Positions 26,829-39,659 of a DNA stretch of 64,000 nucleotides are shown one piece after another. A program made the translations under genes and the position numbers. The first letter of the stretch is position 1, and every line of letters starts with the position of its first letter. Origin of the DNA: Octopus vulgaris (taxonomy: Eukaryota); the NCBI GenBank assembly GCA_951406725.2, contig OX597822.1:93372001-93436000 (forward strand). The letters are read 5' to 3'. The notes under the pieces were generated by a model that was not told the DNA's origin, searched no databases, and saw only the letters and a list, made by a program, of their open reading frames with translations.

Positions 26829-29402
26829 ATGCAGCACAAACCGTCCTGCGGTATTCTACCCACAAATGCTCAACCTACAACCAAATTCGATGCCGTCTAT
26901 TGCAAGCTGAGCCTATCTGAGTTTTGCCTGCCCGTGTTGGCTGTCTACAGGCCGCCTCTAGCCGACCCCCAGGACGATGCTCATCTACTCGAAGCGATAA
27001 GATTCGTTTCAGCTTCGCATGACTGCTTGGTACTAGGCGACTTCAACGCTCCCACGATCGATTGGCCCGCATCAATTTGTACAACATCTTCCCGGTTCGG
27101 CCAGGCCCTTCTTGACGTGGCTGAAGATTGTTTTCTATCGCAACATGTTGAATATCCGACAAGACATCGGTCTGGGCAGCAGCCATCTATGCTAGATCTG
27201 GTATTCTCCCGCTATCCAAGATCAGTGTCAGACGTATCTGTGTGCGCCCCTCTTGCCAAGAGTGATCATGCGGTCCTGAAGTTCGTCATGCACACAACTT
27301 TTTCCACGCCCACGATTACTTCGCTGCCACGTAGAGTCTTCTCTGCAATTAATCTTGAAATTCTAACCGAGGCTTCCGCGCTTCTGGACTGGCGTTCCCT
27401 GATGACGTTGTCCTCAGTTGACGAACTATGGTCATCCCTCAAAGCATATGTAATCTGTTTGACTGACCAGGCAGTTCCCGTTGGACTTCCCAAGAGGAAG
27501 AAACACAAGCCCTGGGTGACGAAGAAGGTTAAACGAGAACGTCGACTCAGAGATATTGCTTGGGCTGAATTCAAAAATCTGGATTCGACTGCAGCTTTTG
27601 AGGTGTACAAAACTCAACGAGACCGAGCCGTGAAAATTGAAAAGAAAGAACGCTTCAGTTATGAATACAAAATCGCGGCAAATGCCAGTAGCAATCCAAA
27701 AACCTTCTTTGCCCATGTCCAGCGGAATTCCCGCTTGAACAACCAGATTGCAACGTTGGTAGACTCAACAGGCGTATCGATTGAGGACCCTTATCAACAG
27801 AGTCAATTATTTGCCGAGGCTTTTTCAACTATTTTCAAACAAGATGATGGTCGTGAATCCCCTCCATTTGATAGATCGGTACCTCCAATGCTTCGATTGA
27901 TCATCACGCGGGAGCAAGTCAAACGTGTTATTCAAGGCCTCGATGTCAACAAGGGTCACGGCCCTGACGGCATACACCCACGGGTTATCAAAGCGTTGGC
28001 TCCGGTCATCTGCGAGCCCTTTACACGACTATTCAATATGTCATTGGCGACGGGTGTTTTACCTGCAGACTGGAGAACAGCGATAATCTGCCCAATTTTC
28101 AAGAAAGGGAGCCGCGAAGACCCGCTTAACTACCGACCGGTTTCCCTTACATCAATAATCAGCAAGATGTTCGAAACCATCCTTAAGAAAAGTATGATGC
28201 TCCACCTCCTAAACACAGCCTCGATCACTGATTCCCAACACGGCTTCGTGCCGAAGAGATCATGCTTGAGCAACTTACTAGTAATGGAAGAATTGGTGAC
28301 GCGCATCCTCGATGATAGTGATGCTGTTGACATCGTTTTATTGGACTTTGCCAAAGCTTTTGACTCGGTAAACCACCGCCTACTACTTGTCAAGCTTCAA
28401 GCATATAGTTTCCATCCGGATATTGTACGATGGGTTGGTGCCTTCCTCTCAGATCGCTCCTTCCAAGTTCAAGTTAATGGTTCGCGGTCCGACGTCTCCA
28501 GTGCGAGCAGTGGCGTGCCTCAAGGTTCAGTGCTTGGGCCCTTGTTGTTCTTAGTCTTCATAAATGACTTGCCCGACGACCTCACGCAACACACCCTTCT
28601 ATTTGCCGACGATATCAAACTGGTCGCTCCTCGCGGTAGTATAGAGGATCTTCGTCGATGCCTCCACCAAATTTGGAAGTGGTCTAACGATTGGGACCTG
28701 TGTCTGAACGTGTCAAAGTGCTGTCATCTGCCTGTCGGCTCTACTCCTGCAACTCAACTTGATTTCCAGCTGGGTCGTCTGCTGCTGGAGAGGACCGATC
28801 AGGTAAAGGACCTGGGTATCTTGGTGGATTCCTCCTTTTCGCCTTCGGCCCAGTGCGTCCATGCTGCCAACAAAGCGCGCGGAATTCTGTTTTTGATTCG
28901 ACGGTCATTCGGAATGCTCACAGCAGCCATATTCCTGCCACTCTATGTCACGCTGGTGAGACCCATATTGGAGTATGGGATTCAAGCCTCTTCTCCTTAT
29001 CTCCTCAAAGACATACAGCACCTCGAAAGAGTCCAGAGGCTGGCTACCCGCATGGTTCATGGTCTCAAAAATTTGTCCTACGAAGAAAGGCTGAGGACGC
29101 TCGACCTTTGTTCTCTTGAAAAACGCCGCCGCCGTGGTGATCTCATTCTCGCCCACAACATCATAAGCGGGAAGTGTAACCTCTCGAAAGAGCTGTTCTT
29201 CACTCCTGCTCCAGAGCGTCGGCTGCGGGGTCATTCCGAAAAGCTCTACCTGCGACGATTTCATCTCAATCGAAGGAGAGGAGCTTTCTCCGTCCGGGTT
29301 GCGGATCCGTGGAACAAGCTGCCAGACGAGATGGTGAAGATGCCGACGACTGCTTTGTTCAAAGCCTCCCTGGACCTCAAGTGGCCTGAACTCTTTACAT
29401 GA
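26829..29402 (+). CDS. CR1/L2-type LINE ORF2 (partial APE endonuclease + reverse transcriptase), open frame, 5'-truncated
   Basis: VYRPP, LGDFN, LDLVF, SDH (endonuclease); NYRPVSLTS, QHGF, DFAKAFD, GVPQGSVLGP, FADD (RT). The first endonuclease motifs are missing and the ATG appears to come from flanking sequence. Confidence 0.93.
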   Translation: MQHKPSCGILPTNAQPTTKFDAVYCKLSLSEFCLPVLAVYRPPLADPQDDAHLLEAIRFVSASHDCLVLGDFNAPTIDWPASICTTSSRFGQALLDVAEDCFLSQHVEYPTRHRSGQQPSMLDLVFSRYPRSVSDVSVCAPLAKSDHAVLKFVMHTTFSTPTITSLPRRVFSAINLEILTEASALLDWRSLMTLSSVDELWSSLKAYVICLTDQAVPVGLPKRKKHKPWVTKKVKRERRLRDIAWAEFKNLDSTAAFEVYKTQRDRAVKIEKKERFSYEYKIAANASSNPKTFFAHVQRNSRLNNQIATLVDSTGVSIEDPYQQSQLFAEAFSTIFKQDDGRESPPFDRSVPPMLRLIITREQVKRVIQGLDVNKGHGPDGIHPRVIKALAPVICEPFTRLFNMSLATGVLPADWRTAIICPIFKKGSREDPLNYRPVSLTSIISKMFETILKKSMMLHLLNTASITDSQHGFVPKRSCLSNLLVMEELVTRILDDSDAVDIVLLDFAKAFDSVNHRLLLVKLQAYSFHPDIVRWVGAFLSDRSFQVQVNGSRSDVSSASSGVPQGSVLGPLLFLVFINDLPDDLTQHTLLFADDIKLVAPRGSIEDLRRCLHQIWKWSNDWDLCLNVSKCCHLPVGSTPATQLDFQLGRLLLERTDQVKDLGILVDSSFSPSAQCVHAANKARGILFLIRRSFGMLTAAIFLPLYVTLVRPILEYGIQASSPYLLKDIQHLERVQRLATRMVHGLKNLSYEERLRTLDLCSLEKRRRRGDLILAHNIISGKCNLSKELFFTPAPERRLRGHSEKLYLRRFHLNRRRGAFSVRVADPWNKLPDEMVKMPTTALFKASLDLKWPELFT

Positions 29403-29490
29403 ACACCACCCTGTACTTAACTCCATGTCCCCCTACATGGCCTTGCTATTTGCTTTTGAGCCAAATTAACTAACTAACTAACTAACTAAC
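26843..29490 (+). mobile_element. Young CR1/L2-type LINE with (TAAC)n tail
   Basis: Short 3'UTR plus (TAAC)6; AACC at both junctions. Confidence 0.92.
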
Positions 29491-29772
29491 CACGTGTGCA
29501 CGACGTGGTGATCTCATATTAAGATAAACAGCGCATGACCTTGCAGGTGGGGCCCAGTTAGAATTTTCTCATCCCGCTCAAAAGGACCCTCAATAAGGTT
29601 TATCTAAGGATGATGAACGAAACACCCATGTTTCCAGAGGTGAATTATTCAAACCCCAACGCATTCCTCTCAACACATGGCTCTCCCACTACTTCTGCTC
29701 GTGATCAGAGATTCACATATCCTCAGCCATCAAGGGACATGCTCAACTGGTTACGGTCAAGCAACTGACAAG

Positions 29773-29883
<111 letters not shown>

Positions 29884-29888
29884 TATTA

Positions 29889-30035
29889 AGACAGCGAGTT
29901 GGCAGAATCCTTAGTACGCCGGGCAAAATGCTTAGCGACATTTCGTCCGTCTTTTACGTTCTGAGTTCAAGTTCTGAGGAGGTCGACTTTGCCTTTCATC
30001 CTTTCGGGGTTGCTAAAATAAGTGCCAGTCGAGTA
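29889..30035 (+). mobile_element. SINE S1 5' part; its tail resumes at ~33408-33460 after the MULE
   Basis: S1 head and body end at ...agtgccagtcgagtac; tail-like cccctccctaaaatttcaggtcttgtg follows the right TIR. Confidence 0.75.
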
Positions 30036-30345
30036 CGGTTCCAGTACATTTGGCCTACGGACATTTGACCGAACGGACATATGATCTACGAACATTTGAC
30101 CGCCAGATATGAAATTTTTAATTGCTTATTTTTATTTCTAATTTGAAAAAAAGTAATAAATAGGATAAAAAGATAAAATCATTGCATATAAATTTTTGGA
30201 AAATTTACTGAAGGATAAAAATATTAATTTTAATTGTTTTATTAAAATTGTTTTATTAAAATTTGGTATAAACAACAATGTTTAAAAAGAATAAAAATAA
30301 CATCTTTGCATAATACAAACACACACACACACACACACACGCACG

Positions 30346-30406
<61 letters not shown>

Positions 30407-31237
30407 TGTTTTTATATTTAGTAAACGATAAGATGTATTACATTGCATTTATTTTAATTATAATGTAATTACTTTATTTTAAAAAAATAAAAAGGAAAAA
30501 ATAATTTAAAGACTGTGGGCAATTGCTCTTAAGAAATTAATCCTGGTATACTCCTAATATTTACCAATGATAGACTTCAGTCTTGCGTCTAAGATCTGGC
30601 ACTTCTTCAGTTTCCTCAATTCCACGTCTGCTGCTACTTGCTCATACATCAACTCCCAATCAGACGGCTCTCTTCTTATTTTTGAAATCAGACAGCAAAC
30701 GGTGGGATGACTGATTGCCATTATCTGATTAAACCCTCTGTACCATCCTTCTAGAGAGTTTGTTGTCTGTGGAAAGCCTTGTGTGCTTCTCTAATATGTT
30801 CCACATATTGAGTGTAAACGCTGGTCTCCCTCTTCTCTTCACAGTAGCAAAGAAACTCAAATAGGATTCCATCAGTTTCTTCATCTAGTGATGCGACAAA
30901 TTCGGTGAAGCGTTCAGCAACGGCACTGACAACACAAATGCTAAAGCTTGAATAGACTTGACAATGAGTACACTTCTTGGATTATTATACCAAGTCTGTA
31001 GTCCTAAGCTCTATAATTGTCTCCATATGCGCTGGGCGAAATGGAACAAGCATCCATAAATGCTTGCGTTTGAGAAACATGCACCGCTATGCTATTAATA
31101 GCTGTCCTTTCATAGTCAATCCTAATTGAAACTGGATTAAGATCTTGTCTCGCTTGAGAGTGTTAAAAGTCAAATCATGAGTTGCTTGGTTTTCGTTCTT
31201 TGCGATGCAGTATACTAAGGGAATTGTATTACTCTTA

Positions 31238-31446
31238 GAGCTGAAAAAAGAAGTAATTTCTACTCTTCTCCTCTGGAAGCCATCTACTCGCAATACCAGA
31301 GGGCGCACACTCTCCTACCCTGATGTAATCTCCAGGGATACAGGCAACCAGCAACAGGACCTCCGTAATGCTATGATGGACCGTGAAGTCTGGCGTAACA
31401 TAGTAAATTCCATTGTCTCGACCACGGTCGAACAATGATGATGATG
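31238..31446 (+). mobile_element. RTE-type LINE 3' fragment with (TGA)n tail and 10-bp TSD
   Basis: TSD attactctta at 31228-31237 and 31447-31456; LLWKP...RGRTLSYPD...MMDREVWR. Confidence 0.88.
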
Positions 31447-31765
31447 ATTACTCTTATCCAATATAACATGTATTGTATATAGCTGAAAGCTAACTGGCGC
31501 AGAATCAAAAGTCCCATCATGCACCCAGTTGTCTTTGGAAACAAGAAGCTGTAAGCTCCGGGGCGTTGATATAATTTGCGGGTTATCACTTTCGGGGATG
31601 ACAAAGTCTTCTCCTCTCATTGATTTCCGTAAGTCGTCAGTTAAAACATCCCTGTCCAGTGCCGTGCCGTGCGTTGTCTTAAGAAGAGTACCTGCGGCAT
31701 CGAATGGGTATTAACTGGCGCAGCTTTCTACAATTGCCGATGTCACTTCCTCTGACTGTCTAGAT

Positions 31766-32593
31766 CAGTGTTTCCCAACCTTTTTTCCCGGCGCCCCACT
31801 TTTTCATAGCAAAAGTTTTTACGCCCCACCTTTTCCCATGTCCACTCACATTTACAAGTACATGTGGGCCTACTTACAATTGAAAAAAAATCAAAAATTA
31901 AAAAATTGTAATACAGTTTTTAAGAATATTGAGATAGCAGGTTTAATCAGTTGCTCTCCAATAGTGTGATTCTTTCCATGTTTTGCTATAAGCAAGGAGA
32001 TTTCGTAGCTGGCTTCAAGGGCACGAGTATGAGGCGCTTGTTTTGCATGAAATAGTGAAGTGAGTTTTGTTCGGTTTTTAAATTTTTCTTTCAATGATTT
32101 GAAGTATTCCAAATCTAAATTAGAATTATTAGGATGTCTTACCTTTAAGTGCGCTTCCAGCCTACCTGCCTTCATTGACTCATTGCTCATCGTCTGATTA
32201 CATAATAAGCAAAACGGTTTACGTTCATCATGCTCATCAGGAATGAATCCAAACTTCAAAAACTCCACCGCGTATTGACGAGTCTTCTTCTTGTTTGGTT
32301 TGCTCATTTTCAATAGGGCTAACAAAAGACTAATTGAGGCAAACTAATTGAGGCAATTGATTGGCTTATCTGAATAGTAAGTTTATTGCTCAGTGCGGGA
32401 TCTTCTTTGTCTCGCTGGGGTGCGAGAGTTTCCGATGTGGAGGCTTCAAAGGAAAGACGGAATCTAAGGTTGTGCCCGCGATGACCGCTCGTCATGTACA
32501 AATATTTTCACAGCCCACGTCTATGCCCCGCGCCCCACCTGAATTTTCTCAGGCCCCACCAGTGGGGCGTACGCCCCACCTTGGGAATCACTG
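31766..32593 (-). mobile_element. Deleted hAT-Charlie/Buster element encoding an N-terminal BED finger (ORF 31891-32325)
   Basis: TIRs cagtgtttcccaa / ttgggaatcactg; 8-bp TSD gtctagat/gtctacat; KKKTRQY..EFLKFGF...PFCLLC...SNESMK...HLK..H. Confidence 0.92.
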
Positions 32594-33471
32594 GTCTACA
32601 TCATTCTTTAATTTTCTGCACTGTTTTCAATGACACGTTGCGTCCAGCATTAGGGAGATGTGAATGATTACTTGCTTCTTGAAAAACGTCGTCTCTTGTT
32701 TGTTTTTTACTCTCCCTACAGTTTATTTTGCGTTCGCATCACAAATATGTTACAATGCCTTTTCGTTTGTCAACGATGTATGCGTAGCCGTCAAACAAAA
32801 GCTTTTTTCCTCCTTTTGTCGTTGGTATTATTTCCATGATCTTTAAAACAAAATATTCATCTCAGGCAACACTACTACCACAGAAGAAGTAACCATTATT
32901 TACAGACAACGCCGGTAATTGCACACAGATCACAAAGTAAAATGAAATATAAACTATAACTAGAATAATGTAAACAAGTGTAAAAAACAGTCACTTCACA
33001 ACGCCTTACGACTTCTGAATAGCGACTGCATTGTCGTCCACACAAGCTAGATAACTTTGGTTTGGTTTAGGCTAGCTAAATAGTTTGAATAAAATTTGAA
33101 TAAAATGATTACATTAAATTAATATTTTTATACTTCAGTAAATTTGCCAAAAATTTATATGCAATGATTTTATCGTTTTATCTTACTTATTCATATTTTC
33201 AAATTAGAAGTAAAAATACACAATTAAAAATTTCATTCGGCCAAATGTCCGCTAATCCATGTGTCCGCTTGGCCAAAATGTCCGTCGATCATATGTCCGA
33301 TCGGCCAAGTGTCCTTCGGTCAAATGTTCGCTCGGCCAATTGTTCGTTGCCAAATGTCTGCCTGGCCAAATGTCCGCACGGTCAAATATCTGTCGGCCAA
33401 ATGTCCGATTTGTCCCCTCCCTAAAATTTCAGGTCTTGTGTCTGCTGTAGAAAAGATTATCATCATTGATA

Positions 33472-33697
33472 ATGCGGTGAGCTGGCAGAATTGTTAGCGT
33501 ATGAGACAAAATACCGTTCAGCATTTTGTCCGTCTTTACGTTTTGGGCTCAAATTCTACGGAGATCGATTTTGCTTTTCATCCTTTCGAGTCATCAAAAT
33601 AAGTATTTAAAAAAAGTACTTGCTGAACTCTGGGGTTGATGCAATCGGTCTCCCTCTCCCCGTAAAACTGCAAGCTTGTGCCGAAATTTGAAGCCAT
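33472..33697 (+). mobile_element. Diverged SINE S1
   Basis: Similarity to other S1 copies. Confidence 0.75.
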
Positions 33698-33818
33698 TGT
33701 TATCATTACTATATCACTGCCTGCATCACAAAATGTTTACGAAATTTGATTAAAGTTTCCCTTTGAGATTTGTGGAAAGGTGAATGGCACATTTCTGCCA
33801 AGTATTTCTGATCAATCA

Positions 33819-34220
33819 GGCGCAGGAGTGGCTGTGTGGTAAGTAGCTTGTTTACCAACCACATGGTTCCAGGTTCAGTCCCACTGCGTGGCACCTTGGG
33901 CAAGTCTCTTCTACTATAGCCTCGGGCCGACCAAAGTCTTGTGAGTGGATTTGGTAGACGGAAACTGATAGAAGCCCGTCGTATGTATATATATATATGT
34001 ATATGTGCGTGTATGTTTGTGTGTCTGTGTTTGTCCCCCCAACATCGCTTGACAACTGATGCTGGTGAGTTTACGTCCCCGTCACTTAGCGGTTCGGCAA
34101 AAGAGACCGATAGAATAAGTACTGGGCTTACAAAAGAATAAGTCCCGGGATCGAGTTGCTCAATTAAAGGTGGTGCTCCAGCATGGCCGCAGTCAAATGA
34201 CTGAAACAAGTAAAAAAAAA
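33819..34220 (+). mobile_element. Full-length SINE S2
   Basis: tRNA-like head, internal (TA)n/(TG)n, 3' stem-loop and A-rich tail. Confidence 0.9.
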
Positions 34221-34479
34221 AATCATTTTACGGAAGTGGAGCAGAAGAGAATTATTCAGCTTTTGACTGATCCATTACAATTACTAAAGCCCCAACAAAA
34301 GGTAGGCAAATTTGCTATAAAATTGAAACGCAGACCAAGTCTGCAATAGCGTATTATATAGTTGTAGCAATTGAACGAACTATCATGAAGATTGGTGCGG
34401 TATATCGAAGAGTTACTCTTAGAAATCGAATTTAAATCTTAGATTTCATCTACCAATTACAGCCCGCCACTTCTCTTCA

Positions 34480-34720
34480 AATGATATCCATCTGCAGATC
34501 AAGACAACAAAATTATGTTTGCCGATTTGAAAGTCTCGTCAAAATAAGTTGAAAAAGCGAATATCTATAGTAAATTAATGCAGAACTTACAGGTCTTGTA
34601 TCCTGGATGTAGATTCTCATTCGTACTTATTGTAAGGTGCATGGGTTGTGTAACAACAGATTTGTAATAAAAACCCTGAAAATATTGGTGTTTTCGAAAT
34701 TTTTAGAGCTGTCTTCATTC
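34480..34720 (+). pseudogene. Old RLE-type LINE C-terminal relic
   Basis: EKANIYSKLMQNLQVLYPGCRFSFVLIV resembles the RLE C-terminus. Confidence 0.45.
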
Positions 34721-34968
34721 AAATAAATATTGTCAATTTGTTAGCAGCAACTTGGATTCTGTCAGAGACATAAATTTCAAAGACATACACACATGCAAAC
34801 TACAATACATTTGCAGTACTGCCACTTGGCTGGTCTGGAGAGTAATTTCCTCCATAGTAATTAAAATATCAAAACAATTTCCTGACATCCAGTGGTGGAA
34901 GTTTTAACGAAAATAGTGATATTGATAGAATGGTTGTATACTGTCAATCTAACGTGAACGTGACAGTA

Positions 34969-35080
34969 GGGGGTTACACCACCGCTGTTTAGCCCTAGGA
35001 AGCATCGACGCTTCCTGCTGGCTTCGACACATTTTTCCTGTGTCCTTATATACATTTACGAAGGGGAGATAAACACCCCC
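34969..35080 (-). ncRNA. Unassigned multi-stem motif, copy A
   Basis: On +: ggggg..accgctgtttagcc[taggaagc-atcgac-gcttcctg]ggct tc gacac..gtgtc ctt..acgaagggg..ccccc. Confidence 0.5.
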
Positions 35081-35427
35081 AGCAGCCAGGCGTTATTGAG
35101 AAAATAAGAGTAGGCTTCAGATGTATCCAGTTGAGCCTAGATAGCCTTTGAATGTGAATTTGATATCAGTCAGATAACATCTGATAAACAACAATAGCAA
35201 GACTCACATACACTCAGACTCAGATGTGTTTTCTTCCATCGGCAATGAAGTCCTCAGGTAAAATTCGATTCCCAATGATATTGTACACGACTTTAGAATT
35301 CTTCTTTACCTTACCATGCTGTCAAACATTTTCCTAATTTTCAAACGTCATTCACGCAGTTAATCAATAATGTCAATCAACCAATACTCGTTATAATATT
35401 CAAAGTTTTTGTTATATTTATATTCAA

Positions 35428-35804
35428 CTAGCAGTATCGCCCGGCGTTGCTCGGGTTTGTAAGGGAAATAACTATAAAGCATTTTCAGAGAGTTATAGTA
35501 AAAAAATGGAAAAAAAATGATGGTAATTTTTTTTTTAAATCGTTGACTCATCGTGGACATTTTTAGAGAGTTACTTCCCTTATGTAATAGCGAAAAAAAT
35601 GCATTAAAATGGAAAAAAATTATGGTAAATTTTTTTTTTAAATCGTAGACTCATCGTAGACGCGCGCTAATACCCAGAAGGGCTCGATATGAATCACGAC
35701 TATAAGATACCCGGTTTTGGTCAAACTGCACCGCAAAATGTGGGAGTACTTAGGAATCTAAATCGTAGGAGACAGACACACAATTTCACTTTTATATATA
35801 AAGA
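35428..35804 (-). mobile_element. Non-autonomous Helitron
   Basis: Minus strand A|TC...cccgagcaacgccggg hairpin...CTAG|T, no TSD; internal direct repeat. Confidence 0.85.
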
Positions 35805-36167
35805 TATGTAGAAAATGTTATGCCCTGCTTTTGATAATCGTCCGAAGATCGACGAAGGCAAAACGCGGAGTAAGAACATTTTTCAGCTACCAATATATGT
35901 ATTCTTACTTTGCCTATTGAGTACTTCTTTCCTTCTTATTGTGTAGACTAATGCGCACTCAAATATGAAAATACAAACACACACATACATGTACATACAA
36001 ATATATGCTCACGCATACACACACGCGCACACACGAACACACATACTCGAACACATATATAAATGTGTGTATATGTACGCACGCATGCATGGATTCATGA
36101 ATTTATGTATGACTCACACCCACACCCATGCATAAAAGAATACGTATATAAAAGTATAGATTATGTA

Positions 36168-36216
<49 letters not shown>

Positions 36217-36303
36217 GGCGGTGCCCCAGCATGGCCACAGCTCATAGGCTGGAACTGGAATCAATCAATCAATCATATATATATATATAATATATATATA
36301 TAT

Positions 36304-36337
<34 letters not shown>

Positions 36338-36342
36338 TATAC

Positions 36343-36383
<41 letters not shown>

Positions 36384-36393
36384 TTCATAAGCT

Positions 36394-36438
<45 letters not shown>

Positions 36439-36553
36439 TATATGTGTATATATCTATATATATATATATATATATATATGTTTATATATATATATATATA
36501 TATGTTTCTACACATATATTTCTGCGCTTATATATGTAAGTGTGTGTATCTGT

Positions 36554-36589
<36 letters not shown>

Positions 36590-37344
36590 TATGCATGTGT
36601 GTTTGAAATTTGTATGGCATATGTTGATCTACAAGTCTTATCTTCCGATCTTGATTCCAACCCATTTTCCCGCTCCGCCATAAAAAAAAGTTTATTAACC
36701 ACGGTTAGTTTAGCACTGAAAACTCCGGTTCCAGTTCAGTGGCGGCGGTTCCAGATAAGTGCCTCTGTCAGAAGCCATGCTATTAAGACGGTTCTGAGAA
36801 ACCCCTTTTCTGCCATTCTAAATGAATGTTATAAATTTTAACAGGAAGATCTGTTGATATACCACTGTTGTTTGTAGGTCGTCCTTGACACAACCTTCTG
36901 TAACCGCCAGTCTATTATTTATGATGTATTTCATAGATATCGTCAGTTCCACGTCAAAATACCGCGCGCGCACACACCGAAATACCTACACACGCGCGCG
37001 CATATGTGTGTATGTACATACACACACATGTGTTTGTATATATATTATATATGAATGTATAGATAGATAAATACATATAACTGTATATATATATATAATA
37101 AACTTACAAATAAATAAAACATGCATATATACATACATATATGTACGTACCTACCTCTACATGTATATATACATGCACATATCTATATATATATATATAT
37201 ATATTATGTTAAATTAGAGATAAAACCACTATTAGGCAAATCAAACAATGAAAAACTTAAGCCAATACATAAAATTAATTAATTTATATTATTTTAAATA
37301 TATATCAAAAGTATTAAAAGTTTAATAATAGATAATGAGTAAAA

Positions 37345-37413
37345 CACTACGATCGTTTCATGGCTGTCCAATTCGTAATAATTCGAGTTATGGTTACAGT
37401 CAATCTTCAGGTA
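37345..37413 (-). ncRNA. Minimal hammerhead motif (decayed stem II); truncated sister at 22330-22490
   Basis: uac-CUGAAGA-uugacugu...acagccau-GAAAC-gauc-GUA-gug. Confidence 0.7.
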
Positions 37414-37438
37414 ATTGAAATATCTAAAATATAATATA

Positions 37439-37492
<54 letters not shown>

Positions 37493-37494
<2 letters not shown>

Positions 37495-37776
37495 AGCACT
37501 CCGTCGGTTGCGACGACTAGGGTCCCAGCTGAACGATCAACGGAACAGCTTGCTCATGAAATTAACGTGTAAGTAGCTGAGTATTCCGCAAACAAGTGTA
37601 CCCTTAACTTAGTTCTCGGGGGAGATTCAGCGTAACACAGTGTGTGACAAGACAGGTACTACTCATTTTTGCCAGCTGAGTTGACTGGAGCAACGTGAAA
37701 TAAAGTGTCTTGCTCAAGGACACAACGCACAGCCAGGATTTGAACATCCCGACCTTACGATCACGAGCTGAATACT

Positions 37777-37778
<2 letters not shown>
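37493..37778 (-). mobile_element. SINE S4 (gtgtccttgagcaagacactt central domain, RTE-like tail)
   Basis: B-box gttcaaatcc; tail shared with the S3 copy at 22906. Confidence 0.75.
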
Positions 37779-37847
<69 letters not shown>

Positions 37848-37856
37848 GTATGTATG

Positions 37857-37901
<45 letters not shown>

Positions 37902-37907
37902 CATGCA

Positions 37908-39126
37908 GCATCATCATTTAACGTCCATTGTCCATGCTGGCATGGGTTGGACGGTTTGATCAGAGCTGACAAGCTGTAGGCCTGCACCAGACTACAGTCT
38001 AATTTGGCCTTTGTTTCTACGAATGGATGCCCTTCCCAACGCCAACTACCTTAGAGAGTGTGCTGGGTGCTTTTACGTAGCATGGATTGGGCGCTTTTAA
38101 GTGGGTCCGCATGACCGCTTTTACCTGACGACGTACGAGCGCTTTTACGTGGCACCGCACGGGCGCTTTTTACGTGACACCGGCACAGGACGCTTGCAAG
38201 TAAATCCTCACCACCGGGAGGACCGCTGTTAACACTTCTGTTGCGGAATGCCAGTCTTCTTGAGTACAGCAAGGTGTCAGGTATCTTGGTCCTATGTCAT
38301 CTCGCCTGAAAGGTTCAAAGTCCTGAGGTCGTTCTTCAGTGCTTCGTCCCATGTCTTCCTGAGTCTCCCACGTCCACATGCTCCATCTACTTTGAGAGAT
38401 TGGTACTTCTTTATGGAGCTGTTGACATCCATCTGCATCACATGACCAAACCAGCGCAGTCTTCTCTCTTCCACACAACAACTAATTCTTCTCATGCCTA
38501 CTTTATCTCTCAAAGCACTAGCATTCTGTCGAAAATGTACACTTACATTACACATCCAGTGGAGCATACTAGCCTCATTTCTTTCTAACCTTAGCAGGTC
38601 CTTAGCATTCAGGGATCACGTTTCACTACCATGTAGAATTGCAGTCTGTATACAGATAATCTTCTTTTCACTCGGAGAGAGAAACCTTTTGTGGCCAAGA
38701 GAGGTAACAGCTCTGTGAATTTCCTCCATCCTATTCTTATTCTAGTTAGCATACTCTCCATGCATCAACCGCCACAACTAATTTGGTCCGCTAGGTAGCA
38801 GAAATTAGCTTATACCTCTAATGAACCACCAAAGCATTTCAGAGAATCAATTTCCCCGAGTCTCTGTAGGTTTATGGATCTTGTGTATCTTCCACATACG
38901 AACACTACCTTCTCTGACAATCTTCATATTAATCCACTGCACCTCTTGTGTGTCCATTAGCTTACATTGTATGGAGTTTCTACTTACACCTTTCCTACAA
39001 ATCGAACAGGGCTACCTAAGTGAAATGGGTAGAGTCCTGTCAATTTTCTTGCTTACGAGGACTTAAGTTTTTGCAAAGTTAACCTTAAGGCCCTTAGATT
39101 CCAGGTTTTGCTTCCATACCTGGAAT
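37908..39126 (-). pseudogene. RTE-clade LINE 3' portion
   Basis: ERRLRWFGHV...GRGRLRKTWDE; NLESKGLKVN; (TGA)n tail at ~37910. Confidence 0.85.
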
Positions 39127-39180
39127 AGCATGTTCTAGGATTTAACAATCCTTACATGTAATTTTGTCTAATTTTGCCAA

Positions 39181-39270
39181 ATATTTCCCTGATGAGATTC
39201 ATACTATAAATATGAATTTTTTAAAAATTCATTATTGGGTATGAATCGAAACAATTTGTAGGATTAATAT
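39181..39270 (+). ncRNA. Minimal type-I hammerhead ribozyme, intact core
   Basis: auauuucc-CUGAUGA-gauucauac...guaugaauc-GAAAC-aauuu-GUA-ggauuaauau; perfect 9-bp stem II. Confidence 0.88.
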
Positions 39271-39436
39271 TTGTATTTCTAATCATATCATATTATTATT
39301 GTAATGTAATATGTAAATAAATTATATTTAAAATATGTTAATCGTAAATCTCCATTTTCTTTTAATTTTTGTACATTGAATATATACCCTTTTGGGTTGT
39401 GAAAAGTCTTTCTCGGCCATATTGGTTATTTCTCCA

Positions 39437-39552
<116 letters not shown>

Positions 39553-39564
39553 ATATATGTATAT

Positions 39565-39626
<62 letters not shown>

Positions 39627-39659
39627 ACATACATACATACACGCATATATATGTATTTA

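Larger units (their letters stand above)
30036..33407 (-). mobile_element. Mutator-like (MULE) DNA transposon with long TIRs and decayed FLYWCH-DDE transposase
   Basis: ~200-bp inverted arms (30036-30240 vs 33110-33407) with ~15-bp cggccaaatgtcc repeats; minus-strand peptides TTKGGKKLLFDGYAY, WVHDGTFDSAP..QLYTIH, GCLFHFAQRIWR, PQTTNSLEGWY. Confidence 0.88.

Noticed and set aside
27266-29426. Antisense and alternative-frame ORFs within the LINE
   Set aside because: Shadows of the GC-richer ORF2
31891-32325. Host ZBED/FAM200-like gene
   Set aside because: Lies between hAT TIRs with a TSD and is truncated
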